From assembly GCA_016748015.1 (NCBI GenBank), contig JAAOMT010000664.1, forward strand, positions 1,298,047 to 1,362,046: 64,000 nt of DNA, read 5' to 3'. Made by a program: the position numbers and the translations under genes. The notes beneath the pieces are model-generated. The model did no database searches. It saw only the letters and a list, made by a program, of their open reading frames with translations, and was not told the origin of the DNA. The stretch comes from Geosiphon pyriformis uo1 (lineage: Eukaryota; Fungi; Glomeromycota). The first letter of the stretch is position 1; the number at the start of each line of letters is the position of its first letter. Shown here piece after piece: positions 1-13,530 of this stretch.

Positions 1-534
1 TCGGATGCTCAAGAACCTTCCATTGTCTGACAGTGAGGCCGAAAATCTTTGCATTGTAGGATTACAAGTCTGTGGTATGTCAACACATTTCACTAAAATT
101 GTAATTTAATAATTTACTTAACCTTTTTTTATGTTATTATACAGGGTTGGAAGGTGAGTGTGTTGGAATCACTCTACCTTTTAATGGCCTCTACATCGGA
201 TTTGCTTGTGGTTCGCCCTTGGTGTTCCCTCAGTATCTGGGTGACTTGGGAAGTTTAAAAGAAACCTTGGAAGTTTTCTATGGCTGGAAGGTAGCTGTTT
301 ACGTATTTAAAGGGCATCTATTTTATCATTCAATTTTTATTCGATTTAAATATTATTTTATTTTTGTAGGCTTGGCATCTAGATATTAGCCGAATTCTTG
401 ATAGAGCACACAGAAAAGCATTGTCTAATCACTATGAGCAACAACTCGGACGGAATGCTCTTAGCTCACGGCAACAGTTTGTGCGCAACACATACTTTAC
501 ACCCACAAAGCAATCGGTTCAAAAACATCAGTAA
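1..534 (+). CDS. 3' part of a spliced hypothetical protein gene (exons <1-74, 145-290, 370-534)
   Basis: GT-AG introns 75-144 and 291-369 join an open frame: RMLKNLPLSDSEAENLCIVGLQVCG-LEGECVGITLPFNGLY...FYGWK-AWHLDISRIL...VQKHQ*, TAA at 532-534. The 5' end is outside the window. No confident family call. Confidence 0.7.
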
Positions 535-713
535 TAGTAGCATTATATTTGTGATTAACGTGTTTACAAATTATTAAACTATTAATAGTACTATTAAAAT
601 AATAATAAAATACATACACCGGACTATATTTGTGATTAAAGCGTTTACAAACCCTACTTAAATTATTAAACTGTGTCATATAAATACCTCTTTCTGAAAC
701 GTTTATTTACAAG

Positions 714-2225
714 ATGGGGAAATCATCCAAAGACAAAAGAGATATCTATTATCGATTGGCAAAAGAGAACGGCTGGCGTGCACGCAGTGCTTTCAAACTA
801 TTACAAATCGATGAGGAGTTCAAAGTGTTGGATGGTAAGAACTCTTATAATGATATGTAGGATAATAGCGGATAAGTATTTTGGTAAGCTTAAAGATTAA
901 AGAAAATATTGACGGCAGCTGATTCCCCTGATCGATAGGTGTTCAACGTGCAGTTGATTTATGTGCGGCACCTGGTAGTTGGTCACAAGTGCTCTCCAAA
1001 AGGCTAAAGTAATGAAGAAGCATATAACAGTCAAGAATGTTGAAAAAAAGTATTTTCTTTTCCATCGATAAAAAACTGATTTCAATGTCAATATCAACAT
1101 AGTGAAAACCGTGTTAAAGAGGGTGCTCCCAGGCCCAAGATTATAGCAGTCGATTTACAAACAATGGCAATTTCAAATTTTCATTTACATTAGCTTGTAA
1201 TCGTTTGACCTTTATTGGGAATGTAAACTTGAATCTTTTTCTCATAAATAATAAGGCACCATTGGAAGACGTGATCCAAATCAAAGGCGATATCACTGAA
1301 CAATCGACCGCTGAACTTATTCTTTCATATTTTGAAGGTGAATCTGCTGATATCGTGGTCTGTGATGGGGCACCAGATGGTAGATAATTAAAAATTGCTT
1401 TAACAATTAAAAATTTGCATATTGACAAAGCTTCTCCCTTATTGTGATTTGAGTAATTGGTCTTCATGATTTTGACGAATACATACAAGCACAACTTGTT
1501 CTTGCTGCCCTTAATATCACCACGCACATTTTACACCTTGGCGGCACATTTGTAGCAAAAATATTTCGTGGAAAAGATTCGACTTTAATCTATGCGCAAT
1601 TGAAGGGCTTTTTTACAAGTGTCACGTGCGCAAAACCTAGAAGTTCAAGAAATTCGAGTATTGGTAATTGTGGAAACTCATTTTTCGATCATCCCCTGCA
1701 TTGAAATGACATCTTTTTCAATGTGATTCCGGATATTAGAGGCCTTTGTTGTTTGCCAGAATTATAAGCCGCCAGAAGGGTACACACCCACGATGGTGAA
1801 ACCTCTCCTTGATTTTTCTTATGGTTTGTGGAAATTTATTCGATGAAACCATTAAGCTGGCCTTCACTAACTTATGTTTTCAGGTCCCGAAAATCAATTT
1901 CTTGGTCCAACTCGCTTGATTGTACCTTTCATAGCTTGTGGAGATCCGAGGTAAAGAATTTTTATTAGTGTTCAAAAGACATGATTCTTGCATTTCTAAT
2001 TTTTTCTGATACTTTTCAAGTGGATTTGATTCGGATCAAACATATGCCCTCGAGGTAAGTAAAATTTCAATGTTGGAAATTCTTTATCTACTTATCATTT
2101 ACTCATTCTCTGAATTTTACAAAATCTAGAAAGAAAGTCTTAATCCAACTCAGCCACCAATCAGTGCCCCCTATCGTACGGCTATAACTCTAAAGCAACA
2201 AAATTTTTATAACAAAGTTCCATGA
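714..2225 (+). CDS. TRM7: tRNA (cytidine32/guanosine34-2'-O)-methyltransferase, FtsJ/Trm7 family, 9 exons, ~289 aa
   Basis: Exons 714-834, 939-1008, 1103-1166, 1256-1379, 1454-1663, 1740-1823, 1884-1950, 2021-2054, 2130-2225 (870 nt). They give [99 protein letters not shown] and VPFIACGD, all hallmark Trm7/FTSJ1 motifs. Confidence 0.96.
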
Positions 2226-3133
2226 TAATGAAATCTTTATGAAAATTTTGCATTATATATTCAGAGACTGATACGGAAAATAACCCTATGACACAAATTA
2301 TCATGTGATCATTTTTTCGAATTCTCCCCAGACTATTTTCTTTCTAACTTGATCCCTACATCCATTACTCGATCCTGATTACTATTGCCATTTCCAAACT
2401 CTGAATAACAACATTCTTATCTTCTGAAAGAATTAGTGGGATAGGCTTACCTTCTCTAATTAATCGTTATCAGATGTGGCCAATTACCTCGCAATTCTTC
2501 AGCATAAATGTCTAGTACACTGTTATAAAATTAATCAAAGCATTATGTTTCACCAACCAACACATCCGCTATATACAATTCATTTTTCAAGATCAGTCTA
2601 AATAACGATTTATTATCTGGGAACACCAGAATTATCTCGCCATCGATCGTCCTAACCGGACCCATAATGTTTTTATCGTCAAAACCATTCTCCTTTTGGT
2701 CTGAGAATACATTGATCGCAAATGTGATAGGTTCTTAATAATCGTTTCTTTTTGGTCTTTTGGAGGAGGCTAGAATATTATAAATCCGACTTATAGCCAA
2801 CTTGGATAAATTCTCAATCATTATTTGGTGTTTGATGATATGGTTGTTCTACATATTATTACTATAAATGGGCGTGCTGCGACAAAATCGGACAAAGGGA
2901 ACATGTAACGTCACTTGGGAACATCAAACTCTTGCTCCATAAGATATTAGATTTTATGTATTGTAGCTTTATTTTAAAATTATTATTACTATTATTAACA
3001 TCATCCTCCCAAAATAGAAACAAAGTGTGGTGATAAAAATTGGTTGGATTCAATGTTTAAAGCCTCAGTTCAATAATATATAACAATTCAAATAAAGTAA
3101 AAGATGATTTTTTAATTTGATTATTTTTTACAT

Positions 3134-3934
3134 TGTTACTCATAGAAATTAGGAATTATAATAATAGGTAAAATAGCCAATCAGAAATAGGCGTAGTAAA
3201 ACGGGAAATTGCAGGATTCCAGAATTCCAGGATTCCTCTTGGAGAATTACAGGATTCCAGAATTCCTCTCAAGAAATTGCAGAATTCTTAGGAATCTCGT
3301 ATAACACAAATTATGTATATATAGTAAGAGTGTTAGAAGCAAAAAAAAAACAGAATTTGACTTAGATAGAACAGTGGCTAGCAATAACTACTTATTTCTA
3401 TTCTTTTTTTCAAAAGATAGTTTTCTATAACTTGAAATGGAATCACATTAATATCAATAAAATATCCAATTATCATCCAATTTATGCTATTATTGCTTGA
3501 TAGAATCCAATATTTAACCACACTGGAATAATAACTCTTGATTACAGCTATTAACAGAATACTAATTTCTTATTTTCTTATTTTATTTTCTTTTATTTTC
3601 TTTTGTTTCATTTCTTTATTGTTTATTAATTGATTAAAAAGATTAAGCACTGAGTATTTGATGTCAAAAATAACCTGGTAAAAGACCCAGAAACAAGAGT
3701 AGAAATTTAAGAATAGCTTATCAGAAAGACATGACTGTTAAAATAAACTGGTCATTATGCTAAAGAAAAAAATTCATGAAAAAAACCATCAATTGAATCT
3801 TTGTTCATTATACAAAAGACTCAACCAAAATTTTTAGACTTTAAATCTTCAGAAATAACCAATATTTTCAGCTATTGAGCACCAAATTATGGGTTTTTTA
3901 TTTGTTCTAACATCTCAAATAATTATTTATAACA
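3134..3934 (+). mobile_element. Solo LTR, Ty3/Gypsy family 2
   Basis: TGTTAC...TAACA termini. Flanks are ACAT / ATAT (4-bp TSD with one C>T). Homologous to minus-strand LTRs at 51347-52243 and 52459-53295 (aaatagccaatcagaaataggcgtagtaaaa vs aaatagccaattagaaatgggtatagtaaaa). Internal GAATTCC/GGATTCC repeats at 3205-3300. Confidence 0.8.
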
Positions 3935-4259
3935 ATATTTAAAAATTTGTAATTATTAAAAATATATGTTTATAAACAATTTAAAAGTTAAATAATAATA
4001 ATAATACCAGTTTTAATACAGTTAAAAGCTTAAGTTGTTTTGTTGTTATTATGTTTTAGTATTTGAATTTTTTAAACATAATAAATAACAAATATATTAT
4101 AATTATATAAATATATTTTTAATAATGCAAATTTAAAAAAATATGTTAATACAAAAATATATTGTTAATCTTTTTAATTAATTTAACTAAAAATCGGTTT
4201 TTATTAAATTAAATAACTTTTTTTTTAATAATAATAATAATTATGTTGAAAAATAAATT

Positions 4260-4650
4260 CGAAATATTAACTTTTTTTTATATATTTTTATAATTATAAT
4301 TAAAGCAAAAAGTAAAAAAAGTTACAACTTTTTTATTTTCTGAAGTAATTAGTAGTATTTTTATTAATAAAGTATTTATAATTGTAAAAATTGTTTATTA
4401 ACATTATAAAAAGATTTTTTTTAAGTAAAATAGTTGTTAATTAATTTTTTATTAATTCAAACCCATTTTTTTTATTTTTGATTAGAAGTTTTTTGCTGTT
4501 GTTTAAATATTTAAAAAAGCCAAAATAGCCAAAAAACAATTTTTTATTTTTTTAATATAATAAATAGCAATTTTTTTGAAATGCTAAAAAGTTTTTTTGG
4601 TATTTTTAATATTAATTCTTTTATTTCAAAGCCAGTTTTTTTTTTGTAAA
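4260..4650 (+). mobile_element. Decayed 5' fragment of LINE family 2 ORF1
   Basis: Aligns by eye with 42090-42500 (taaagcaaaaagtaaaaaaa...), more heavily mutated. Confidence 0.5.
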
Positions 4651-6090
4651 AAATAAAAATTTGGTTTTTTCTATTTTATGGCTTTTTTAATAATTTTAAA
4701 TTACAATTAAACTTTTATAAAGAAACAAAAACATAATTTTATCAAACATTTATTCAAAATTTATTTTTATATAAAAAAAATATTACATATTAAATGTTAA
4801 TTGATAATTAAAAAAAATTTTAAATATATTAAATTGATTTTATTTTAACTTTTTATTAAATTAATTTATATTAAATTTACTTTTTTTGATTTTGTCTGTT
4901 TTTATGTATAGCTATTTAGTTTTTATTATATTCTAATTTAAGCTTGCTAAAATCAAATTTAATATTATTATTATAGACACATTTTTTAACAAACTTATTA
5001 AATTGTTACAATATTAGAATTTTTATTTAAAAAACAAAAATAAATAGCAGTTAATAATACTTTTTATAAAAAAATTTGTTAATATTCTAAAAATTACTAT
5101 AATACAAAACATGATAATATTGTAGCTTACTTTTATTATAAATATCCAGAACTTTATATTTTTTGTCAAATTATTTCCAAGATAATCAAAATACATATAA
5201 AGTAATTGAATATTAAAATTGATAAAATTTTAGAAAAATCTATTTAACACAAAAATATTAAATTTCTATTATTATATTAAGCTTTAAATTATTGGGCAAA
5301 ACAAATAATTGTAATTACTATCGAATTCAATAATTAATTAATTAATTAAAAAAAAAAGAAAAAAAATTTGTTAAACTTCCTAGTATATATAAAAATAAAA
5401 TACAATTCTTGAATAAATAAGTTTAAAAATTCAAAAAATAGAACCAATTATGTATTTATTGATTTTATAACGAAACAAAAAATATATTAACTAAAAGTTT
5501 ACCAGAAAAACAAAGAAAATTAAAAACCATTATATCCGAATTTAATTCTGCTAAATATATAATACTAATAAAACAGGATTATTTTTTCATATAAAACCAA
5601 ATCAAATACTTGTAAAATGTTAAAATACAGAAAAAAAACTAATATATTATATTTATTAATTATTATTATTATTATATATTATTGTTATATTAAATTAATT
5701 AGATTTTTTATAAGATAAATCTTAGATTATAATTTTTTTTGCTATAAATTCAACTAGAATTTACAAATTGTAATTTTTAATTATTAAACATACAAAAAAT
5801 CTAAGATGCTTTAAAAAAATTAATATTTTTAATCTACTTGTAATTTACAACTTTAATTCTAAAGTATAAATATATTCAAATATATAAAAAATATAGCTTA
5901 AATATATAAATAAAAATTTTTAAATTTAAAATTAGCATATATTATTTTTGATTAATAATGTAATTTTTTATTATATTCAAATTAGAAAAAATTTATTTTA
6001 ATTAACCAATATTACTTTGTATTATTTTTTTCCAAATACTATATTATATCTTTAATTAATAGATATTAATTTTATTAAATCTTTCAAAAA

Positions 6091-7024
6091 CAAATATAAA
6101 CACTTAGAGTTTTAATTAAACCAAATTAAACTAAACTTTGAGTATTGTTTAAATTTGATTTAAATTATAAACCAAACTTGAACCAAACCAATTTTTTAAA
6201 ATAGGTTCAATTTGAATTCAGTATTAAACCTTTTTGACAAGTCTAAGTTTGGTTTAAGTTTGGTTTAAAGTTTACAAACTTGTTCAAATTTGATGAAATT
6301 GAAAAAAATATATAACTTATATTACTTGTTTATTAATTTTTACTTTATTTAATTATTATAATTAGTTAAAGAGGTATATAAAACTATGTATATATAATAA
6401 CTCCACTTTCTAACTTATCAAGATAAATTCATTATTGATATTATCCAATATTATCAAAGATTCAAAATTCAAAATAATGAAATTTAATAATTCAAATAAT
6501 CCAAATATTAATATATTTAGTAAATATAATTTTAAAGTAAAGTATAAGACTATTTTAATAAATTTAAGTAGACAAAAAAAAACAGCTAAATATACAGTCT
6601 TAAAATGTATACATAAACTATTTTTTTGCAGAACTATAAATACTACTAAATCTTTATAGTGCTATTTAGAGACTTCTTACCAGACAATATATATTATAAT
6701 AGAAAAATATTATAAAAAAAAACAAAATGTCTAGTGTCTTTGGTTATAGATACAAAAATCATTGAAAAAATTTAAATAATAATATAGTATAATATAATAT
6801 TTTTAATAGTTAAATCTAAATATGTTCATAAATTTTGAATTAAACTTAAATCAGACTTGTTATATGTATTTGTGTTTAGTTTAAGTTCAATAATTTTAAG
6901 TTTGGTTTAAATTTAAGTTTAAAATTTTGCCAAATTTTCTGTTTAAGTTTAGTTTAGTTTGGTAATTTAATTGAATTTGAACCAAATTAAACCAAATATC
7001 AAAATTTTATAAGTATTTATATTG
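6091..7024 (+). mobile_element. Non-autonomous hAT-like DNA transposon relic with BED zinc finger
   Basis: Imperfect TIRs (caaatataaacactta vs reverse complement caatataaatactta). Subterminal aaacc/aaact and ggttt/agttt arrays at 6118-6295 and 6835-6998. Central relic V*DYFNK...TAKYTVLKCIHKLFFCRTINTTKSL*CYLETSY matches the BED finger pattern (VW.YF...AKC..C.....TT..LW.HL...H) after undoing transitions. Confidence 0.6.
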
Positions 7025-8559
7025 TTAACATATTTTATATTTAATTTAAACAAAAAATTAATATTAAACAGTTAAATAATATAATATATACAATATTATT
7101 ATTATATATTATATAATTTTATCTAATATTAATTTATTTTTTAGAAATAAATTAAACATAAAACAAATATTAATTATGTTATTCAATTATAATTTCAAGT
7201 AATATCTGTTATAATTCAAAATTATTGACAAAAAATAAATATTTTTTTATAATTAAAAATTAGAAAGTCAATAATTTAAAACATTAATTACTATAGATAT
7301 ATTCAACAATTTATTATTAAATATACAATATTTGATCAAAAATTTTAAAAATTATATTATAGTAGTTAATAAATTATTAACAACTAAAAATATTTTTAAT
7401 AATAATAAAATTATAAATATAATTTTAGCCAATGCTTAAATTAAAACCAATACAATTAATGATTTAAAAAAAAATCAAAAAAATTTTTATTTATTATAAT
7501 TATATTTACAAAAATATATAAAGCATTAAAAAAACAATTAAATTTAAAAAACAATTAATAATAGAAAATTTTAGTATAAAAAACCAAAATTTACTTAGAA
7601 AAAAATTATATAAATATAAAAAATTAAAAAAAATTAAAAAAACAGATAATAATTAATCAATATTTTAATAATAATAATTGATTAATTTAATAAATAAATA
7701 TAGTTTATTTGATAATAATTATAAAACTCTATAATAAAAAATGTTTAAAATAGAATATAGTTTACATGTTTTAATTATGTTTTTTTATAAAAATTTAACT
7801 ATATTTGTATTTATTATATATTTAGCTTTATTATAATTAGAAATAAGAAAAATTTTTATTTCTAATCATATTATTTATTATATTAATTTTCAGTTAATTT
7901 TTATTGATTATAAAAACAAAACAAATTAAATCTTTATATATGTTTTTATTCAATAAATTATTAAGTTATTTGATTTTAAAAGTTAAATTAATTAGATAAA
8001 AACTGAATTTATTTATTTTTGTTTTCTAATAATATTGTTTTTAATAATACTTAAAAAACAATTATTAATTATTAAAGTTTTTTGAATAAATAATCTTTAT
8101 TTTGATATTTAATATCTTTTTTAAGATTAAATTAATTTGCATTAAAGTTGTTTTTTAACTAATACATAATTTATTAATGTAAAAATTATATTTAAAAACA
8201 ATATAAATTTTGTTTTTTAAGTTTCTTTGAATATAGTTTTTTAAATTAAATTTGTTAATTTTATTTGTTTTTTTATTTTTAAAATTGTTAAATCTTTAGT
8301 GATTTTTAAATTTGTTTTTTTTTATTGTTATTGCTTTGCAATATATATTTAAAAGTATTATTATTATTAATATTTTGATAAAATTTTTTAAGTTATATTA
8401 AAGTTTATTAATATTTAATAATATATTATTATTTATTTTAAGTTTTTTAATATAGATAAAATTATTTTTAATTATTAATTTGTTTTAATAATAAAAAACA
8501 TAATTAAAAAATATTACTTTTTTTTTTAGTATATCTATAATTTTTAAAAAGTAAAATTT

Positions 8560-9350
8560 TAAAAAAAGTTTTTTTTGTTTTTATTTTATATTTTACTATT
8601 TAATTAAATATTTTACAATCTTTTTTGTTTGAATACAAAGCTATTAATATTAATAATAATTTAAGTATAAAAAAACCAAAAAAAAAATTTAGTATTAACT
8701 TGACTATAATAAACTTAATTATTAAAAAAAAATGCAAAGACAGAATTTCAAAAGAATTAATTATTAATATTAGTATTAGTGCTTTTTAAAATATCTTTTT
8801 AGAAAGTAATATAACTGGTTTAAATGCTAAAAACACTATAAAATTAGAGAACATAAACATAAAAAAAAAATTTTTGGTAGAAAAAACTAGTTTTTAGTTT
8901 GAAAATAAAGATAAAATAGAGTTAAAAAATATTAATTTTATGGTTATTAATAAAAATTCAATTCAAAAAAAATTAAAAATAGTCAAAATTTTTTTCTTTA
9001 ATGTAAATAGTTTTGAAAAAACTTCTATCTTTTCAAAATTTAATAAAATAATTTATATATTTTATATTTTTGAAAAATAATAATAAATACAATAGAATTG
9101 GCAAATAATAAAGATATTATAATAAATATTAATTTTAAAAAACTGGTAAACAACTATAAAAATAAGACAGTAATTATTAAAAAAAATTTTGTAAAAATAT
9201 TAACAAAGATTATATAAACTATGTTAATTAATTTTAATATTATTAAATCAATTAAAATACAAATAGTAAAACTATGACAAAAAACTATAGAAAAATTTGA
9301 TAATTAAAATTAAATCAATTTTTTAATATTTTAATAATTTTTTTTAATAA
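8560..9350 (+). mobile_element. Decayed LINE ORF1 fragment
   Basis: Relic of ...SKF..II...IKSIKIQIVKL*QKTIEKF, homologous to IKLIRVQLIGLWQKAVVEF in ORF1 at ~18700-18760. Confidence 0.6.
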
Positions 9351-9351
9351 A

Positions 9352-9957
9352 GTTATTTATTGAGTAAAATCCAACCACTATTTAGTATATAGAACCAGAT
9401 TAAGTAATTCAAACTAAATATAACTCATGCACTTACTACATGTGACTAGTCACTCAGGCCAGACAAAACAATACTACATACTTATACTAACACTTATATT
9501 ACAATTTAAATCAAAAAAAAAAGACACAGCCTATGATGACCAAAATTAACAGCAAAAAACCCAATAATGCCAAATATTCTGACCACACTATTTGACAGCA
9601 TCAATACCAAATTATATAACAAACCTGATACCATATTGCCATTTCCAACCAAGCCAGTCTTTTCTATATTAATCTTAAACTTAGACCTTATTAGCCAGAT
9701 CCTAGAACAATGCAACTCTACCAAATATCTCACAAAATCAACAACAATAAAGATAGTTTTCTTCTTATTATCAAAGATCTTAATAGTCTCTGTATATCAA
9801 TTATTTAGCACAAACCTCTTGCACACAACTACATAAGTCCTAGCATCTGATGAACAACAAAAAAACATCTGTAAAACAGCAGAAAAAGACAAATCACAAG
9901 CACCTATTGAAGCAATTTATTGTATAAAAGCCTCAGCCAAAATCTCTTTTCAAACAT
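9352..9957 (-). mobile_element. 3' end fragment of LINE family 1
   Basis: ORF 9506-9733 (IWLIRSKFKINIEKTGLV...FAVNFGHH) matches 24233-24484. The 3' UTR (tggcctgagtg...actcaataaa) matches 24480-24601. Confidence 0.9.
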
Positions 9958-11306
9958 GATTTTATGTATTGTTAAATGTTTTGGTGTATTTGTAACCAAA
10001 AATAATGTTCAAGTATTCTTTGAATTGTATTTTTTTTTCCTAAATATACTAATAAAAAATTTGTGTGTATATTATATAAGATGATTTTTTTTTTGTTTTG
10101 TTGAACTAATCTAAGTGGATTTGTTAGATTTTAGCAATTTTAGTAATAAATTTTGTTGTAATAGACAAAATATTGTTTTAATTGGTTTTGCAATTAATGT
10201 TTTTTAGTTAAAGACTAATTTTTTGGCATGTTAAAAGTCTCTAAATAGTTTTTAATATTGTTATAAGTTTCAGAATTCATTGTTTTATTACTAATTTATT
10301 TGTTGAATTGGTTAGATGTTGGTATAAGTTTTAATTTTGTCTTATTTTGAAAAAATTATTAATATTTATGTATAATTTTTTTGGTTTGTAATAAACAATA
10401 TATTTGTAATTAGTTAAGAAATCAGTCCATTAAGATTGTTTTGCATTAAGTTCAAAACTCTTTTTATTAAGCTATTTAAGACCAATATTATCAATAATAA
10501 TATCAAATTAAGATCTATTTTAATGATATTATTAAAAATGTTTAAGAACCCAAATAATAGTTGCTGTTTTTAATTCAGTTGGATTATATTTGAATTTTGT
10601 TGACTTGAATGTTTTACTAATATATGTAATTATTTATTTATTGTTATTGTTATCTAATTATGATAAGATAATACCAAAGCTATATATATTAGTAATTAAT
10701 TGAACTTTTATTGAAATTTAAATTAATAAAAATTGGAGCTATAATGAATTTTTATTTAAAAATATTAAATGTTTATTGTTGAGTTTATGTCTATTGATAT
10801 TTTACATTCTTGTTAGTTATATAATTGAATAATTTGACAATTTCAGAAAATTTTTTAATAAATTTTTAATAATAAGAGATTAATTTTATAAATTCTCTTA
10901 GTTTTGTAATATTATAAGAAATTTAAAAGTTTTTAACAATACTAATTGTTCTTGAATTGGGTTGAACTTTATTTTTGTTTATAATATATCCAAAAAAAAT
11001 TAAGCTTATTTTTTCAAAGTAATATTTTTCAATGTTTAATTTTAATTTTGCTTTTTGTAATTATTGAAAACTTTTTGCAAATAGATTAAATGAGCTTTAA
11101 AACTTGAAGAATACACATTAATTTTATTGATATAAACAACTATTGATTGCCATAAAAGTTTTTTGTAAACAATATCTATAAGTTTTTAAAATATTGCTAG
11201 TGTATTACAAAGTCCAAAAAACATTATATTGAATTTATAATTCTTTTTTTGTATGGTAAATACTGTTTTGAGATAGTTTTTAGGATCTATTTCAACTTGT
11301 TAGTAT

Positions 11307-12262
11307 TGTTACTAATAGAATTTTAGCTATTAATTAGCATAAAATTACCCTTATAATTCTTATTATTTATTAATATATATTATTATCATTTCAATTATTA
11401 CTTATTATTTAATCAAATTATTGAATATTATCATTTAATTAATAACTTAATTTGTATTATAGAAATTAAGATGATCAAATTACACAATACTTTGAACCAT
11501 TTAATATTTAAAAATTTGCCGAAATTAATGAAAATTGGCTAAAATAATCAATAGTTTGTAGAAATAACTTGTAATTTGCTAAAATATATCTTTAATTTGC
11601 CAAAATTATAACAAATAAAAAATTGCAAGTTCAAAAACTAGTATTATAACAAGTTGTATAAAAGAAAAGCTTTTCTTTTTAAGAAAATATATTTACTTTA
11701 AATATCTTAATTAGAACAAATTATCTTTTACACATCCTTACAAAATCAAATAAAAATTAAATATTTAGAAACCAAATTCTTAATTATTATATTTGAAATT
11801 CACAAAAGAAAACTCAATTAACGTTTTGAAATTGACTAGCTACCAATTTCAATAATCTGTTAATGACTCCAGATCTGAATAGAAAACGTTTCCTTTGACA
11901 AAATTCTATTTTTTTTACATTTTTTTTATTTTTCTTTTTTTTTCTTATCATAATTTTAGGGTAGTCTACAAACAAAATTCTTGTAGAAGAGTTAATTTTT
12001 ACAGCAAAGTAACTATACATTTTTAGTAAGCTTCTAAATAAGCAATACCTGGGAAAGAGTTGACATTTACTATAATATAACTACATAAAGTAACTGGCAC
12101 GAAATTGGTCATTTTATTTATAAGTTTAGCAGTTTAAATTATAGGAAATAATTTAAAAATAAATTCAGTTATCAGAGATTCAACTACTTTCAGAAAATAT
12201 GAATTCATAGCCAATAAACATTAACAATATTTAAGAAAAAAAACCAAAAACTTCTGATAACA
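11307..12262 (+). mobile_element. Solo LTR of family 1 inserted antisense into the RT of a family 1 element
   Basis: TGTTA...TAACA termini and exact 4-bp TSD GTAT (11303-11306, 12263-12266). It splits the RT motif DLKSGY|WQV. Homologous (inverted) to 16750-17551 and (direct) to 47572-48536. Confidence 0.9.
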
Positions 12263-13129
12263 GTATCTACTTTTCAAGTCAAAAGTTGAAAAAAACTTGG
12301 CTTTTCTAAGAGCATCTAATATATTGTCAATTTTGGAAAGTGAAATACATTTCTAATTGTTATATTGTTAAGTTAACAATAATTTACATAGAATCCGATC
12401 TTGTTATTTTTTTTTTGACCAAAACTACTAATAAAGTCTAAAGATTTTTTGATAGTTGAATGAATTTATTGTTGAGTATTTATTAAACTTTTTTTCTCAT
12501 GAATTAATAATTAGGTAATGACATTTAATAGACTTGTTGGTATTTTGGTAGAGCATTTCTTATATAAATTTGATATTATATAATATTTATTTTTCTAAAA
12601 TTATTGTTATTTTTAACAAATATATTAGCATATTCAGTAATTAATTGTTTCAATTGTTTTTGTTGTTGGAGTTTCAAAAGATCTATATTAATTTAAAAAA
12701 AAATTTTTTTTATAATATAGTAGTTTTTAATGTTAAGAATGGTTTTTGGATTTAAAAATAATATATATCTTATGATTTTAATAAAATTAAAAACAGTTTG
12801 AGGAATTTTATTCTGAAAAATATTGCTATGTATGATTTTAATTTCTAATTTATTTAATAAAATAATAAGATAATTGTTAAAATTATAAAATATAACTTGG
12901 AACTTTTTTATTTTTTTGGAATATACACATTGAAAATTAAAATTTTGTGTTTTAAACAAATTTGTTTATTTGATTTAAAGATTTGTTTAATAGTAATTGG
13001 TTTTGGATAAGTGTAAATTTTATGATATTCTTCAAATAATAATATAGTAATTGGTTAGAAAAATTGAAAAATCTGGTAAGATTTATTCTGTATATTAAGA
13101 GCATTATTTACTAAAACTATAAATTATCT

Positions 13130-13530
13130 AGTTAAATCAAAATTTTGGGTTTTTTTGTAATTTTTGCTTAATTGTTTTTTTCAATTAACTGGTTGTAAAC
13201 CTAAAATATTAATTAGACACAAATAAATTGCTTGGACAATTTTTTTAACATGCTCAATCTTAAATAGTATTTTGGTTTTATTTTGTAGCATGATTGTAAT
13301 ATTTTCTTTATATTATGTATCTATGAATTTTTCTCTAATGTTAATTCCTTTGCTTGTCAATAATAATTGGAAAGCAATTTGAACTATCACTCTTAGTAAA
13401 ATTTTAAAAGCAATTTTTAGATTAATTTTTGTTAAAAACTTAAATTAAATGATCAAAATATCTTTTTCCAAATATCATAAATCATATTCAGCATTAATTT
13501 TATGAACTTTTTCTGACTTAATCTCTTGAC
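13130..13530 (-). pseudogene. Retroelement-encoded dUTPase domain (decayed)
   Basis: KSEKVHKINAEYDL*Y (motif I AGYDL), IVQIAFQLLLTSKGINI (motif II RSS region), FIDT*YKENITIML (motif III IDxxYxG), KIVQAI (motif IV), and a motif V relic (RG..GFGST). Confidence 0.75.

Noticed and set aside
2300-3053. Possible minus-strand gene (gene-like composition; peptide ENGFDDKNIMGPVRTIDGEIILVFP...)
   Set aside because: I could not assemble a consistent spliced ORF or recognise a family. It may be a pseudogene.
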